Below are positions 16,226-24,983 of a stretch of 64,000 nucleotides of DNA, in pieces. The stretch is from Thermoguttaceae bacterium (lineage in GTDB: Bacteria; Planctomycetota; Planctomycetia; Pirellulales; Thermoguttaceae), in assembly GCA_051651625.1 (NCBI GenBank), contig JBOFSQ010000111.1, positions 229 through 64,228 of the forward strand, read 5' to 3'. Made by a program: the position numbers and the translations under genes. The notes beneath the pieces were generated by a model. That model was not told the origin of the DNA. It did no database searches and saw only the letters and a list, made by a program, of their open reading frames with translations. Numbering within the stretch: position 1 is the first letter of the stretch; every line of letters begins with the position of its first letter.

Positions 16226-17785
16226 ATGAAAAAGTTCAACACCACCGGTCTTTGCGTCCCGCGCAAACACTACATGGTTGACATCTCAAACAAGTTGCGA
16301 CAGATTGAACAACTTGTTAACGATGGCGAATACTTCACGATCAATCGTGGTCGGCAGTATGGAAAGACGACGACGTTCGCTTTGCTCGAAAGGTCACTGC
16401 GCGACAAATACTTGGTGCTGGCGACGAGTTTTGAAGCCGTTGGCGATGCGTTTGCGACAATGAACCAGTTCGCATCATCGTTCATCAGACTTTTGTCACG
16501 CGAGTTGGTACGCGAAAACGTTGCCCAAGAAATTGTTGAAGAGTGGAATCGCGGCAGCGATGCGATTGACTTGGTCGATCAGTTGGGGGAAAAAATCACA
16601 ACGCTTTGCAAAAGCGTTGACAAAGAAGTTGTTGTGATGATCGACGAAGTTGACAAGAGCAGCAACAACCAGCTTTTCTTGTTCTTCCTTGGCATGCTTC
16701 GTAACAAATACCTCGATGCCGACAACGACAAAGATGTTACGTTTCACAGCGTCATACTCGCGGGCGTGTACGACGTGAAAAACTTGAAACTCAAATTGCG
16801 TCCCGAAGACGAGAAGAAGTTCAACTCGCCGTGGAATATCGCAGCAGATTTTGAAGTTGACATGTCGTTCAATCCCGACGAAATTGCAACGATGCTCGTC
16901 GAATACGAGAACGATCATAAAACTGGAATGAACATCCCAGAGATCGCAGACGAAATCCACTACTACACAAGTGGTTATCCGTTCTTGGTGAGCAGACTTT
17001 GCAAAACGATTGACGAAAAGCTAAGCAAAGATTGGACTCCGCGCGGCGTCAAAGAAGCGGTCAACAATACGCTCAACAGCGAAAATCTGTTGTTTGACGA
17101 TTTGTTCAAGAATCTCGAAAACTACCGAGATTTGTACGATTTGATCTATGCGATCATGGTTGACGGAAAAAGGTTCTCGTTTGATTTGTCGCACCCGATG
17201 ATTAAGCTTTCGAGTGCATTTGCGATCATCAAAAATGAACGCCAAACGGTGGAAATCTCCAACCTGATTTTCGAGTCAAAGCTCTACACCTACTTCACGC
17301 TCAAGCGAGAAATTGCAGACGCAACCAAACGCGAAAACGGAAACAGCGACCGTTTTTCGGACAACGTTGTCAAAAACGGTCGTTTGAACATGGAACTCTT
17401 GCTGACGAAGTTTGCGGAGTTTTTGTACAGCGAGCACCGCGAGCGTGACCAGAAGTTTATCGAGCGTGAAGGGCGGCTTTTGTTTCTGTGTTTTTTGAAA
17501 CCGATTATCAACGGCGGAGGGTTTTACTTTGTCGAACCGGAAACGCGACACGACCGTCGGATGGACATCGTAGTAGTTTGGGGCACCGAAAAGTTCGTGC
17601 TCGAACTAAAAATCTGGTACGGCGAAAACAAACTCGAAGAAGGGTACGCGCAGCTTGCGGACTATCTTGATTCACAAAAACTCGACACGGGTTATTTGCT
17701 AACGTTTAACTTCAACAAAGTTCACGAGAGCAAAACCGAGTGGCTTGACGTGAACGGCAAGAAAATCTTCTCGGTGATGGTATAA
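16226..17785 (+). CDS. Predicted AAA-ATPase fused to a PD-(D/E)XK nuclease domain (PF09820 + PF08011-like architecture)
   Basis: N-terminal MKKFNTTGLCVPRKHYMVD...INRGRQYGKTTT (Walker A), MIDEVDK (Walker B), C-terminal RRMDIVVVWGTEKFVLELKIW (D...ExK). ATG at 16226 lies 19 nt after the hepT stop. Confidence 0.8.
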   Translation: MKKFNTTGLCVPRKHYMVDISNKLRQIEQLVNDGEYFTINRGRQYGKTTTFALLERSLRDKYLVLATSFEAVGDAFATMNQFASSFIRLLSRELVRENVAQEIVEEWNRGSDAIDLVDQLGEKITTLCKSVDKEVVVMIDEVDKSSNNQLFLFFLGMLRNKYLDADNDKDVTFHSVILAGVYDVKNLKLKLRPEDEKKFNSPWNIAADFEVDMSFNPDEIATMLVEYENDHKTGMNIPEIADEIHYYTSGYPFLVSRLCKTIDEKLSKDWTPRGVKEAVNNTLNSENLLFDDLFKNLENYRDLYDLIYAIMVDGKRFSFDLSHPMIKLSSAFAIIKNERQTVEISNLIFESKLYTYFTLKREIADATKRENGNSDRFSDNVVKNGRLNMELLLTKFAEFLYSEHRERDQKFIEREGRLLFLCFLKPIINGGGFYFVEPETRHDRRMDIVVVWGTEKFVLELKIWYGENKLEEGYAQLADYLDSQKLDTGYLLTFNFNKVHESKTEWLDVNGKKIFSVMV

Positions 17786-17796
17786 CCTGCCCCGAA

Positions 17797-17852
17797 CAGG
17801 AGCACGAAGCGTAAGCGAGTGTCATTAGGAACGCGAAGCGTAAGCGAGTGCC
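17797..17852 (+). repeat. Family B repeat, two tandem units
   Basis: gcacgaagcgtaagcgagtgtc ... aacgcgaagcgtaagcgagtgcc. Confidence 0.9.
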
Positions 17853-17874
17853 CGAACAAGAACGGATACAAACG

Positions 17875-18882
17875 ATGAGAGACGACCTTTTTTCCGAGAC
17901 GACGATGAGTTTTGGCGAGCATCTCGACGAGCTGCGAGTCTGTCTCTGGTTTTCGATGATGTGGCTTGCGGGCGGATTTATCGTCGGTCTGTGGCTTGGC
18001 GGTTATGTGGTGGCGTTCATTCAGGTTCCACTTACAAAATCGCTCGAAACCTACTACATCAACCGCGCGACCAAACACCTCACAGAGCTTGCACCGTCGC
18101 TCTCTACCGAAGGACACCCGTCCGAAGTTGCGACGATCCCACAAAAGCGGAAGATGGTGCCGCGCGAGTTCTGGGTCTACCCCGGCGAGATCGAACGCAC
18201 ACTCATATACAAAGGTCAAACGCCGGAAACACCAGCGGAAATAGTGAACGTTGACTACACCGCCGAACCGGTACGCATCTTGTTTTTCCAGAAGATTGCC
18301 GAGAGCGATCAAGTCCGTACAAAGTCGCTCAGCCAACACGAGACGTTTTCGATCTACATCAAGGCGTCGTTCGTTGTGGGGCTGTTTCTTGCCAGTCCGG
18401 GAGTGATCTATCACATCTGGACGTTCATCGCAGCCGGACTTTACCCACAAGAAAAACGGTACGTTTATTTCTTCGTCCCGTTCAGTGTGATTCTGTTTGT
18501 CGGCGGTGCGCTCTTTGCGTTTTTTGTCGTGTTTCAATATGTGCTCGACTTTTTGCTCCTGTTCAACGACTGGCTCAACGTCGATCCCGACCCGCGAATA
18601 TCAGAGTGGCTCTCGTTCGCACTGATGTTGCCGCTCGGATTCGGGATAAGTTTTCAGTTGCCGCTGGTGATGTTCGTTTTGGAACGGATTCACATTTTCA
18701 GCGTCGCCGACTATATGGCAAAGTGGCGTGTCGCGGTGCTGGTGATTGCAATCGCGTCGATGCTGCTCACGCCTTCCGACCCGTGGAGTATGCTCCTGAT
18801 GTTCGTGCCGCTGACGTGTTTGTACTTCGTCGGCGTCGCGCTTGCGGCGTTCCTGCCACGCGGGAAACGTGACGTGGAGTGA
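17875..18882 (+). CDS. tatC: Twin-arginine translocase subunit TatC (with an extended first periplasmic loop)
   Basis: FGEHLDELRVCLW and GISFQLPLVMFVLERI, six hydrophobic segments. The ORF-track start at 17848 lies in the family B repeat. Confidence 0.85.
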   Translation: MRDDLFSETTMSFGEHLDELRVCLWFSMMWLAGGFIVGLWLGGYVVAFIQVPLTKSLETYYINRATKHLTELAPSLSTEGHPSEVATIPQKRKMVPREFWVYPGEIERTLIYKGQTPETPAEIVNVDYTAEPVRILFFQKIAESDQVRTKSLSQHETFSIYIKASFVVGLFLASPGVIYHIWTFIAAGLYPQEKRYVYFFVPFSVILFVGGALFAFFVVFQYVLDFLLLFNDWLNVDPDPRISEWLSFALMLPLGFGISFQLPLVMFVLERIHIFSVADYMAKWRVAVLVIAIASMLLTPSDPWSMLLMFVPLTCLYFVGVALAAFLPRGKRDVE

Positions 18883-18921
18883 TCGCCACCAACCTCTCGC
18901 CTCTAGCCCCTCGCCTCTCAA

Positions 18922-19866
18922 ATGCTCACTCCCGCTACAGTGCCGACGATGTATTTCGTCGGTGTAACGACGGCGCAGTCGTCGATTATGAAAGTCTTTC
19001 CTCGCTGGGCAGAAGTGCTCGGCATCGACGCGGTGATGCGCGGGATCGATCTCCCGATTCACGCACCGGCGGACGAGTATCGCCGCGTCGTTCGGTTCAT
19101 GAAAGACGACCCGCTCTCGCGCGGCGCGCTGGTCACGACGCACAAACTCGATTTGCTGATGGCAGCCCGCGACCTGTTCGACTTTCTCGACCCGTATGCC
19201 GACCTCTTGAGCGAAGTCAGTTCGATCTCGAAACGTGATGAGAAACTGTGCGGCCACGCGAAAGACCCAATCACAAGCGGACTCGCTCTCGAAGCGTTCA
19301 TCCCGCCAAACTGGTGGACGCAGCACCGCAACGCCGAAGCACTCCTCATTGGTGCAGGCGGCTCGTCGCTGGCAATTTCGATCTACCTTCTCGACAAGCG
19401 GCACGGTGCGAATCGTCCCGCGAAACTTGTCGTGACTAATCGTTCGCAGCCGCGTCTCGATCACATGAAAGCGATTCAAGAGAAAATCGCCGCAGGCATT
19501 CCGATAGAGTATCGGTACTGTCCGACGTTTGAAGAGAACGACGCCGCTGTCGCTTCAATGCCACCGTGTTCTCTGGTCGTCAACGCAACTGGTCTCGGCA
19601 AGGACGCTCCGGGGTCGCCGCTCACTGATGCTGCGGTCTTCCCCGAAAACGCACTGGCTTGGGAGTTCAACTATCGCGGTGACCTCAAGTTTTTGCACCA
19701 ATCACTCGCACAGCAGTCGCGGCGAAATCTTCGCGTCGAAGACGGCTGGATTTACTTCATCCACGGCTGGTCGCAAGTGATCGCAGAAGTCTTCGACATC
19801 ACACTGACACCAGAGATCGTCGCCGAATTGAGTCGTGTTGCGTCGGATTTGCGGCCAGCGCGATAG
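18922..19866 (+). CDS. Shikimate/quinate dehydrogenase-family protein (AroE-like)
   Basis: ALVTTHKLD (compare NVTxPHK), Rossmann LLIGAGGSSLAISIYL, VVTNRS, LVVNATGLGKD. Confidence 0.55.
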   Translation: MLTPATVPTMYFVGVTTAQSSIMKVFPRWAEVLGIDAVMRGIDLPIHAPADEYRRVVRFMKDDPLSRGALVTTHKLDLLMAARDLFDFLDPYADLLSEVSSISKRDEKLCGHAKDPITSGLALEAFIPPNWWTQHRNAEALLIGAGGSSLAISIYLLDKRHGANRPAKLVVTNRSQPRLDHMKAIQEKIAAGIPIEYRYCPTFEENDAAVASMPPCSLVVNATGLGKDAPGSPLTDAAVFPENALAWEFNYRGDLKFLHQSLAQQSRRNLRVEDGWIYFIHGWSQVIAEVFDITLTPEIVAELSRVASDLRPAR

Positions 19867-19867
19867 A

Positions 19868-19978
19868 GTAGACTTGCTTGGAAACTTGCACCAGCACAGC
19901 GGTTCGGCATAGCCGAACCCTCCAAACACCTACCGCGTTGATAACCGGAGGGTTCGGCTATGCCGAACCTGAACTACT
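19868..19978 (+). repeat. Family A element, short form, copy A4
   Basis: Lies exactly between the convergent stop codons at 19864-19866 (+) and 19974-19976 (-). Confidence 0.9.
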
Positions 19979-21248
19979 CCGCAAATACAACTTTGCCGCC
20001 GACGATGGTTGCTGTCGCGCGGCCTGTTAGTTCGTGACCAAGAAATGCAGAGTTGTGGCTCTTACTTGCCAGTTCGTTCGGCGTGACGTGCCAGCGGCGG
20101 TGCGGATCGATGATCGTTACGTCGGCGTCGCCACCGATGCGAAGTGTTCCTTTGCTGGTAAGCCCCAAGATTGTCGCTGGATTTGTTGACATCTTCTGTA
20201 CGAGCGTCGCCCAGTCGATGATTTTTGTTGCGACGAGATTCGTGACCACAACCGCCAGCGATGTCTCAAGGCCGATTACGCCGAACGGTGCCTTGTCGAG
20301 TTCGCGCATCTTCTTTTCGGCGGCGTGTGGGGCGTGGTCGGAAGCGATTGCGTCGATTGTTCCGTCGCGGAGTCCTTCGATGCACGCCTCGACATGCTGG
20401 CGTCCACGCAGCGGCGGACTCATTTTGACGTTTGTGCTAAACGTGCGCAGTTCCTCGTCGGTGAGCGTGAGGTGGTGCGGCGTAACCTCCGCCGTCACGC
20501 GGACGCCACGAAGTTTCGCGCGGCGAATCGCTTGAATCGCACCGTCGGTCGATGCGTGCATAACGTGGAGTCTTCCGCCAGTAAGTTCTGCAAGCGTGAT
20601 GTCGCGTGCGACCATCACGTCTTCGGCAGCGGCGGGAATTCCACGCAAGCCCAGTGCGAGTGAGACCGCACCTTCGTGCATCACGCCACCTTGTGTAAGC
20701 GACGTGTCTTCGGCGTGCGACAACACCGGTTTGTCGAACATCAAGCAATACTCGAAAGCCCGTCGCATCAGTTCGGCGTCGCTTACCGGTGCGCCGTCGT
20801 CGCTGCACGCAACCGCGCCTGCCTCGAAGAGTTGACCAAGTTCGGCGAGTTCTTTCCCTTCGCGTCCGCGTGAGATCGCGCAGATTACTTTGACGTTACA
20901 CCGCGCGGCCTTCGCTGCCTTCTGTCGCACGAGTTCTACGGTCGCCTGCGTATCGAGTGGCGGCTGCGTGTTGGGGCAACAAGCGATGGTCGTGAATCCG
21001 CCGCGCACCGCTGCGAGTGTCCCCGTTTCGATTGTTTCGTCTTCCTCAAAACCGGGGTCGCGGAGGTGAACGTGCATGTCGATCAGTCCCGGCACGACAA
21101 TCTTGTCGCGGGCATCAACGACGCTGTCGCCACTTGCCACCGGCAAGTCAAACCCGACGACACGCCCATCCGCCAAATGCAGCGACGCAACACGATCCAA
21201 GCCCTGACTCGGATCAACAATTCTTCCACCAATGATGACAAGTGACAT
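19974..21248 (-). CDS. pyrC: Dihydroorotase (class I)
   Basis: GLIDMHVHLRDPGFE, later HASTDG and SDHAPH metal-ligand motifs. 424 aa. Confidence 0.9.
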   Translation of the reverse strand: MSLVIIGGRIVDPSQGLDRVASLHLADGRVVGFDLPVASGDSVVDARDKIVVPGLIDMHVHLRDPGFEEDETIETGTLAAVRGGFTTIACCPNTQPPLDTQATVELVRQKAAKAARCNVKVICAISRGREGKELAELGQLFEAGAVACSDDGAPVSDAELMRRAFEYCLMFDKPVLSHAEDTSLTQGGVMHEGAVSLALGLRGIPAAAEDVMVARDITLAELTGGRLHVMHASTDGAIQAIRRAKLRGVRVTAEVTPHHLTLTDEELRTFSTNVKMSPPLRGRQHVEACIEGLRDGTIDAIASDHAPHAAEKKMRELDKAPFGVIGLETSLAVVVTNLVATKIIDWATLVQKMSTNPATILGLTSKGTLRIGGDADVTIIDPHRRWHVTPNELASKSHNSAFLGHELTGRATATIVGGKVVFAE

Positions 21249-21264
21249 GTGTAGAGTGGCTGAA

Positions 21265-21352
21265 AATCAGAACACGAAACGTAAGTGAGTGCATCAGAAC
21301 ACGAAGCGTAAGCGAGTGCCCTGAATCGGAACGGGAAGCGTAAGCGAGTAGA
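21265..21352 (+). repeat. Family B repeat, three tandem units
   Basis: aatcagaacacgaaacgtaagtgagtgc / atcagaacacgaagcgtaagcgagtgcc / ctgaatcggaacgggaagcgtaagcgagta. Confidence 0.9.
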
Positions 21353-21373
21353 GTCACCACCACGCAACCGCGT

Positions 21374-22174
21374 TCACGAAATCTTCGTTGTGAAGTCGTA
21401 TCGGAAGAGTTCTGTGAGCAGAATCGTTGCGGCGAGTACGGCAGCCATCATCGAGAGACACAAAATGAACGTGTAGACCGACGCCTTGTCGTCTTTTTTC
21501 TCGGTGCGTAGCAACATAATCGGCGCGGCCAGTGCCGCACATCCGAAGGTGTTCAAGATCGCAAGGTAAATGATGAGCGATGTTGTGGATGTAGCCGCTG
21601 GCGGAGCAACGATTGTTGCAACATTTCCCGCCAGTAACACCGCGCCCCACGCACACGCAACACCGAGCCAACGACGATTGAGCCTCACAAGTTCTTCGTC
21701 ACGATGTACTTCGACGCCCTGTGGGACAGTGCGCTTCTTCTCACCTTTGCCGCCACGCGACCACGGCCATCGCCGCTTCTTCTCCGTCTTTCCATCGTTC
21801 GCGTCTGCGACAGCGGTGCCTGCGGCGTCGTCGGGAGACGCCTCGTCGCCCGATGCCACAACACCTTCACTGGATTCTTCCGACGCAGACGCCTCATACG
21901 CAGCGGCACCGACAGTAGCACCAACCGCAGCATCAGCGAATTCGTTCACATCGTCCGCAGTTTCGTCGGAAACGGTGCCCTCGCTCGGCTCGTCGACCGG
22001 CACATCGCCCGCAGAACCAAAAATCCCTTCTTCGGGAAATGTAGAAATTCCCACAGCGAACGGGTCATCGCTCGGCTGAGGCTGCGCGAAGAACTCGTCG
22101 AAATTGAAGTCTTTGTCACTGACGACATTCTCGCTGTCTTGACCAACCGATTTGGGATCGCCATTGTTCGCCAT
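21374..22174 (-). CDS. Hypothetical membrane protein (acidic disordered N-terminus, 3-4 C-terminal TM helices)
   Basis: 266-aa ORF with D/E/A/S-rich first ~130 aa, then a KKRRWPWSRGGKGEKKR basic patch and hydrophobic segments. Confidence 0.55.
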   Translation of the reverse strand: MANNGDPKSVGQDSENVVSDKDFNFDEFFAQPQPSDDPFAVGISTFPEEGIFGSAGDVPVDEPSEGTVSDETADDVNEFADAAVGATVGAAAYEASASEESSEGVVASGDEASPDDAAGTAVADANDGKTEKKRRWPWSRGGKGEKKRTVPQGVEVHRDEELVRLNRRWLGVACAWGAVLLAGNVATIVAPPAATSTTSLIIYLAILNTFGCAALAAPIMLLRTEKKDDKASVYTFILCLSMMAAVLAATILLTELFRYDFTTKIS

Positions 22175-22366
22175 TGGAGAACCTCACAAAACTTCAGACT
22201 CAAAAACCTTGCCCCACAGACCGACTTCGCTGGAATCGGCGAACTGCGTCGCGGGAGTTTCCCCAAAGCGGTGAATCAACCGATGACACGCAGAGACAAG
22301 CTGCTACAACACAAAGACATCACGCAAACTCACATACATTCCCCGTTTGCCAAATCGTCATATCTT

Positions 22367-23575
22367 CTATTGATTCCGCAATGACGCCCAGCCTTCAATC
22401 TCAACAAGCAAATCGGGGCGACAGACATCGGCTTGCGTGAATAGCAGTGGCACCAGCGGCATACGCTCACGACAGACAGCTTCTATTGCGACGACATCTT
22501 GAGGCCGCTTGATGTAAACGCGGGCGACAGCGAGATCGTGAAGCGTTGCCCCCATCGCCTTGACTCCGTGGTGCGAAAGATTTTTGGCGGCAATCAGAGC
22601 GGCGATGTTGTCGAGTGTTTGGTGTGTCTGCGCAACGGGATCGCCAGCGTGTACACTCTCGGAGTCAACGATGCTTGCCGTGCCAGAAACAAAGACCCAT
22701 CCGAAGTCGTCCTGCGTGAGTGCCATCGCGCGGACAAACCGTGGACTCTCTACGCCATAATTTTTGTCGTATTGAAACGCCGCATTTTGCTTCGGATTTT
22801 CGAGCGGCGTGCAGCGAACACCGCCAGCCTTCGCACTCACCGCCAGTCCGCTGACGGTGATGTCCCAGTCGTCACTGCCGATTCCCGTGCTCGCGGGAAA
22901 CGTTGTACCACCAAACTCTGCTGGCAAAAACTGTCCGAGAAACTTGTGTCCGCGAAAGAAGTCGGCGCGAGCGCGATTGAGTTCGTGATAACGCTGTGGT
23001 GCGGTGTTGTGATCGGTATCGCGTCCAGTGAGGTGTCCTTGATAGAGCCACGTTCGGACAGTTTGCTCAATACTCGCGCCACTCGCTTTGAACGATTTTT
23101 CAAGTTCTTCAAACGCAGCAAACGATCTCGCGTAAGCACCAATCGGCGCGGGTGGCGGAACAACGTCGCCAACGAAGTGGAGACAAAACGTCTCCGAATC
23201 GGAACGATTGATCGTTACGTTCACTGCGCGACCGGGGCACGAACGTTCCAGCGTGACTTCATCACCAGCGAAGGCGACGAGTTCAAACCAGTACGCCGCA
23301 CCGTCGCAAGGCTTCTGCGGGACGAACGTAATCGCTGGCATCGCCGACTCGAAGAGTCCGCCCAGTTCGGAGCGGAGTCGCTGCTTCAGTCCCATATCGC
23401 GGAGGAACAGCGTCATCATCGCCACGTTATCGGCGAAGTCGTTGTCGCACAGGAACCTGTATACTGCTGCGAGATCGCGTCCAATCAAGACCAGCCGGCG
23501 GCACGGGCCGCTCTGGGAAAGCGAGAACGAAAGACCAAAAGGGTGCGACTCGCGGAGAGGTTGTTCGACAGACAT
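22367..23575 (-). CDS. YjgF/RidA-fold protein, possibly an FkbO/Hyg5-type chorismatase
   Basis: C-terminal VFVSGTASIVD...AQTHQTLDNIAALI...ARVYIKR...VEIEGWA resembles the RidA/chorismatase fold. The size (~400 aa) fits two YjgF-like halves. The product call is weak. Confidence 0.45.
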   Translation of the reverse strand: MSVEQPLRESHPFGLSFSLSQSGPCRRLVLIGRDLAAVYRFLCDNDFADNVAMMTLFLRDMGLKQRLRSELGGLFESAMPAITFVPQKPCDGAAYWFELVAFAGDEVTLERSCPGRAVNVTINRSDSETFCLHFVGDVVPPPAPIGAYARSFAAFEELEKSFKASGASIEQTVRTWLYQGHLTGRDTDHNTAPQRYHELNRARADFFRGHKFLGQFLPAEFGGTTFPASTGIGSDDWDITVSGLAVSAKAGGVRCTPLENPKQNAAFQYDKNYGVESPRFVRAMALTQDDFGWVFVSGTASIVDSESVHAGDPVAQTHQTLDNIAALIAAKNLSHHGVKAMGATLHDLAVARVYIKRPQDVVAIEAVCRERMPLVPLLFTQADVCRPDLLVEIEGWASLRNQ

Positions 23576-23665
23576 GAGCGTGATGTGTGTAAGTTAATTC
23601 GACAGCAGCAAAATACGAAAAATAGTGCGTGAAGTCTAGGCCGAAACGATGTTTTGTCAAGCCCC

Positions 23666-23792
23666 AGACAAACACGGATACACGGACAAACACGGACTGA
23701 CACGGACAAACACGGACGAATCAAATGAAAACTGTCCGTGTAAGTCTGTGTAAGTCCGTGTTCGTCCGTGTGTCCGTGTTCCTGTGTTTGGT
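23666..23792. repeat. ~127-bp imperfect hairpin built from tandem ACACGGAC-type words (family F)
   Basis: caaacacggatacacggacaaacacggactgacacggacaaacacggacgaa - loop - tgtccgtgtaagtctgtgtaagtccgtgttcgtccgtgtgtccgtgttcctgtgtttg. Confidence 0.9.
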
Positions 23793-23886
23793 GGGGCGGC
23801 TTTGAAACCTGCCTCATAAGCGTTACAATGCGTGGCACGCTTTGGTAGCGAGAATTGTGTCTGTCAAAATCTTTGGTGAAAATGTT

Positions 23887-24864
23887 ATGGAATCATTACG
23901 CTATCTCATCACTGGCGGAGCGGGATTTATTGGTTCGCACCTCGCCGAACGGCTCATCGACGAAGGTCACTTCGTCACGGTCATCGACGATCTTTCGACA
24001 GGTTCGTGGTCGAACGTCGCGGCTCTTGAACGCAATCGCCGTTTTCGTGCAATCATATCTGACGCCGCCGACGAACGTCTCATCGGTGAAGAAGTTCCGA
24101 AGTCGCAGTACATTTTTCATTTGGCAAGTGCGGTTGGCGTGCAGTTAATTGTTGACAGACCGGTCGATTCGGTGCAACGGATCATCCGCGCGACCGATAC
24201 CGTTGTCGCCGCTGCCGCCAAGTTTCGCACGCCGATTCTGCTCACGTCAACGAGTGAAGTTTACGGAAAGTCCAGCGCGATCCCGTTCCGGGAAGACGCC
24301 GATGTTGTTCTCGGTGCGACGCAGAAGTGTCGTTGGGCGTATGCGGCGGCGAAGATGGTCGATGAGTTTTTGATGCTGGCGCACTTCCGCGAGACGAGTC
24401 TGCCGGTCGTCATTGCGCGACTCTTCAACACGGTTGGTCGTCGCCAGTCGCCGCATTACGGGATGGTTTTGCCGCGTTTTGTTGACGCTGCTGTTGCGGG
24501 GCGTTCGCTGCGCGTGTTCGGTGACGGTCAGCAGACGCGATGTTTTTGCAGCGTTAACGACGTTACAAGTGGCCTCGTCGCTCTTTCGCGCACGCCAAAC
24601 GCAGTCGGACAAGTCGTCAACATCGGGAGCGACGAAGAGGTAACGATCAACGACTTGGCCTGCCGCGTGATTGCGCTTGCGTCATCGACTTCGGCGATTG
24701 AACTTGTTCCGTATCACGCAGCGTACTCGAGCGACATCGACGACACTCCTCGCCGCGTCCCCGACCTCACCCGCGCACGAAAGCTGATAAACTGGCAACC
24801 GCAACAACGACTCGACGACATCATCCGCGACGTGCTGAAACACAAATCAGAACACGAAGCGTAA
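23887..24864 (+). CDS. NAD-dependent nucleotide-sugar epimerase/dehydratase (SDR, UDP-glucuronate decarboxylase-like)
   Basis: ITGGAGFIGSHLAERL, catalytic YAAAK. The last codons and the stop (EHEA-TAA) lie inside a family B repeat unit. Confidence 0.9.
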   Translation: MESLRYLITGGAGFIGSHLAERLIDEGHFVTVIDDLSTGSWSNVAALERNRRFRAIISDAADERLIGEEVPKSQYIFHLASAVGVQLIVDRPVDSVQRIIRATDTVVAAAAKFRTPILLTSTSEVYGKSSAIPFREDADVVLGATQKCRWAYAAAKMVDEFLMLAHFRETSLPVVIARLFNTVGRRQSPHYGMVLPRFVDAAVAGRSLRVFGDGQQTRCFCSVNDVTSGLVALSRTPNAVGQVVNIGSDEEVTINDLACRVIALASSTSAIELVPYHAAYSSDIDDTPRRVPDLTRARKLINWQPQQRLDDIIRDVLKHKSEHEA

Positions 24865-24983
24865 GCGAATGAATAAGAACACGAAGCGTAAGCGAGTGCC
24901 CGAATCAGGACAGACGCAACATCAACGAAGTGCTGTCAGGATGGATTCCCGCCTGCGCGGGAATGACGGTATGGGGCGGGAAT
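24846..24983 (+). repeat. Composite repeat: two family B units + spacer + family C hairpin (ATTCCC-N8-GGGAAT)
   Basis: Positions 24871-24975 align by eye with the reverse complement of 50830-50935. Core ggattcccgcctgcgcgggaatgacgg. Confidence 0.9.
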
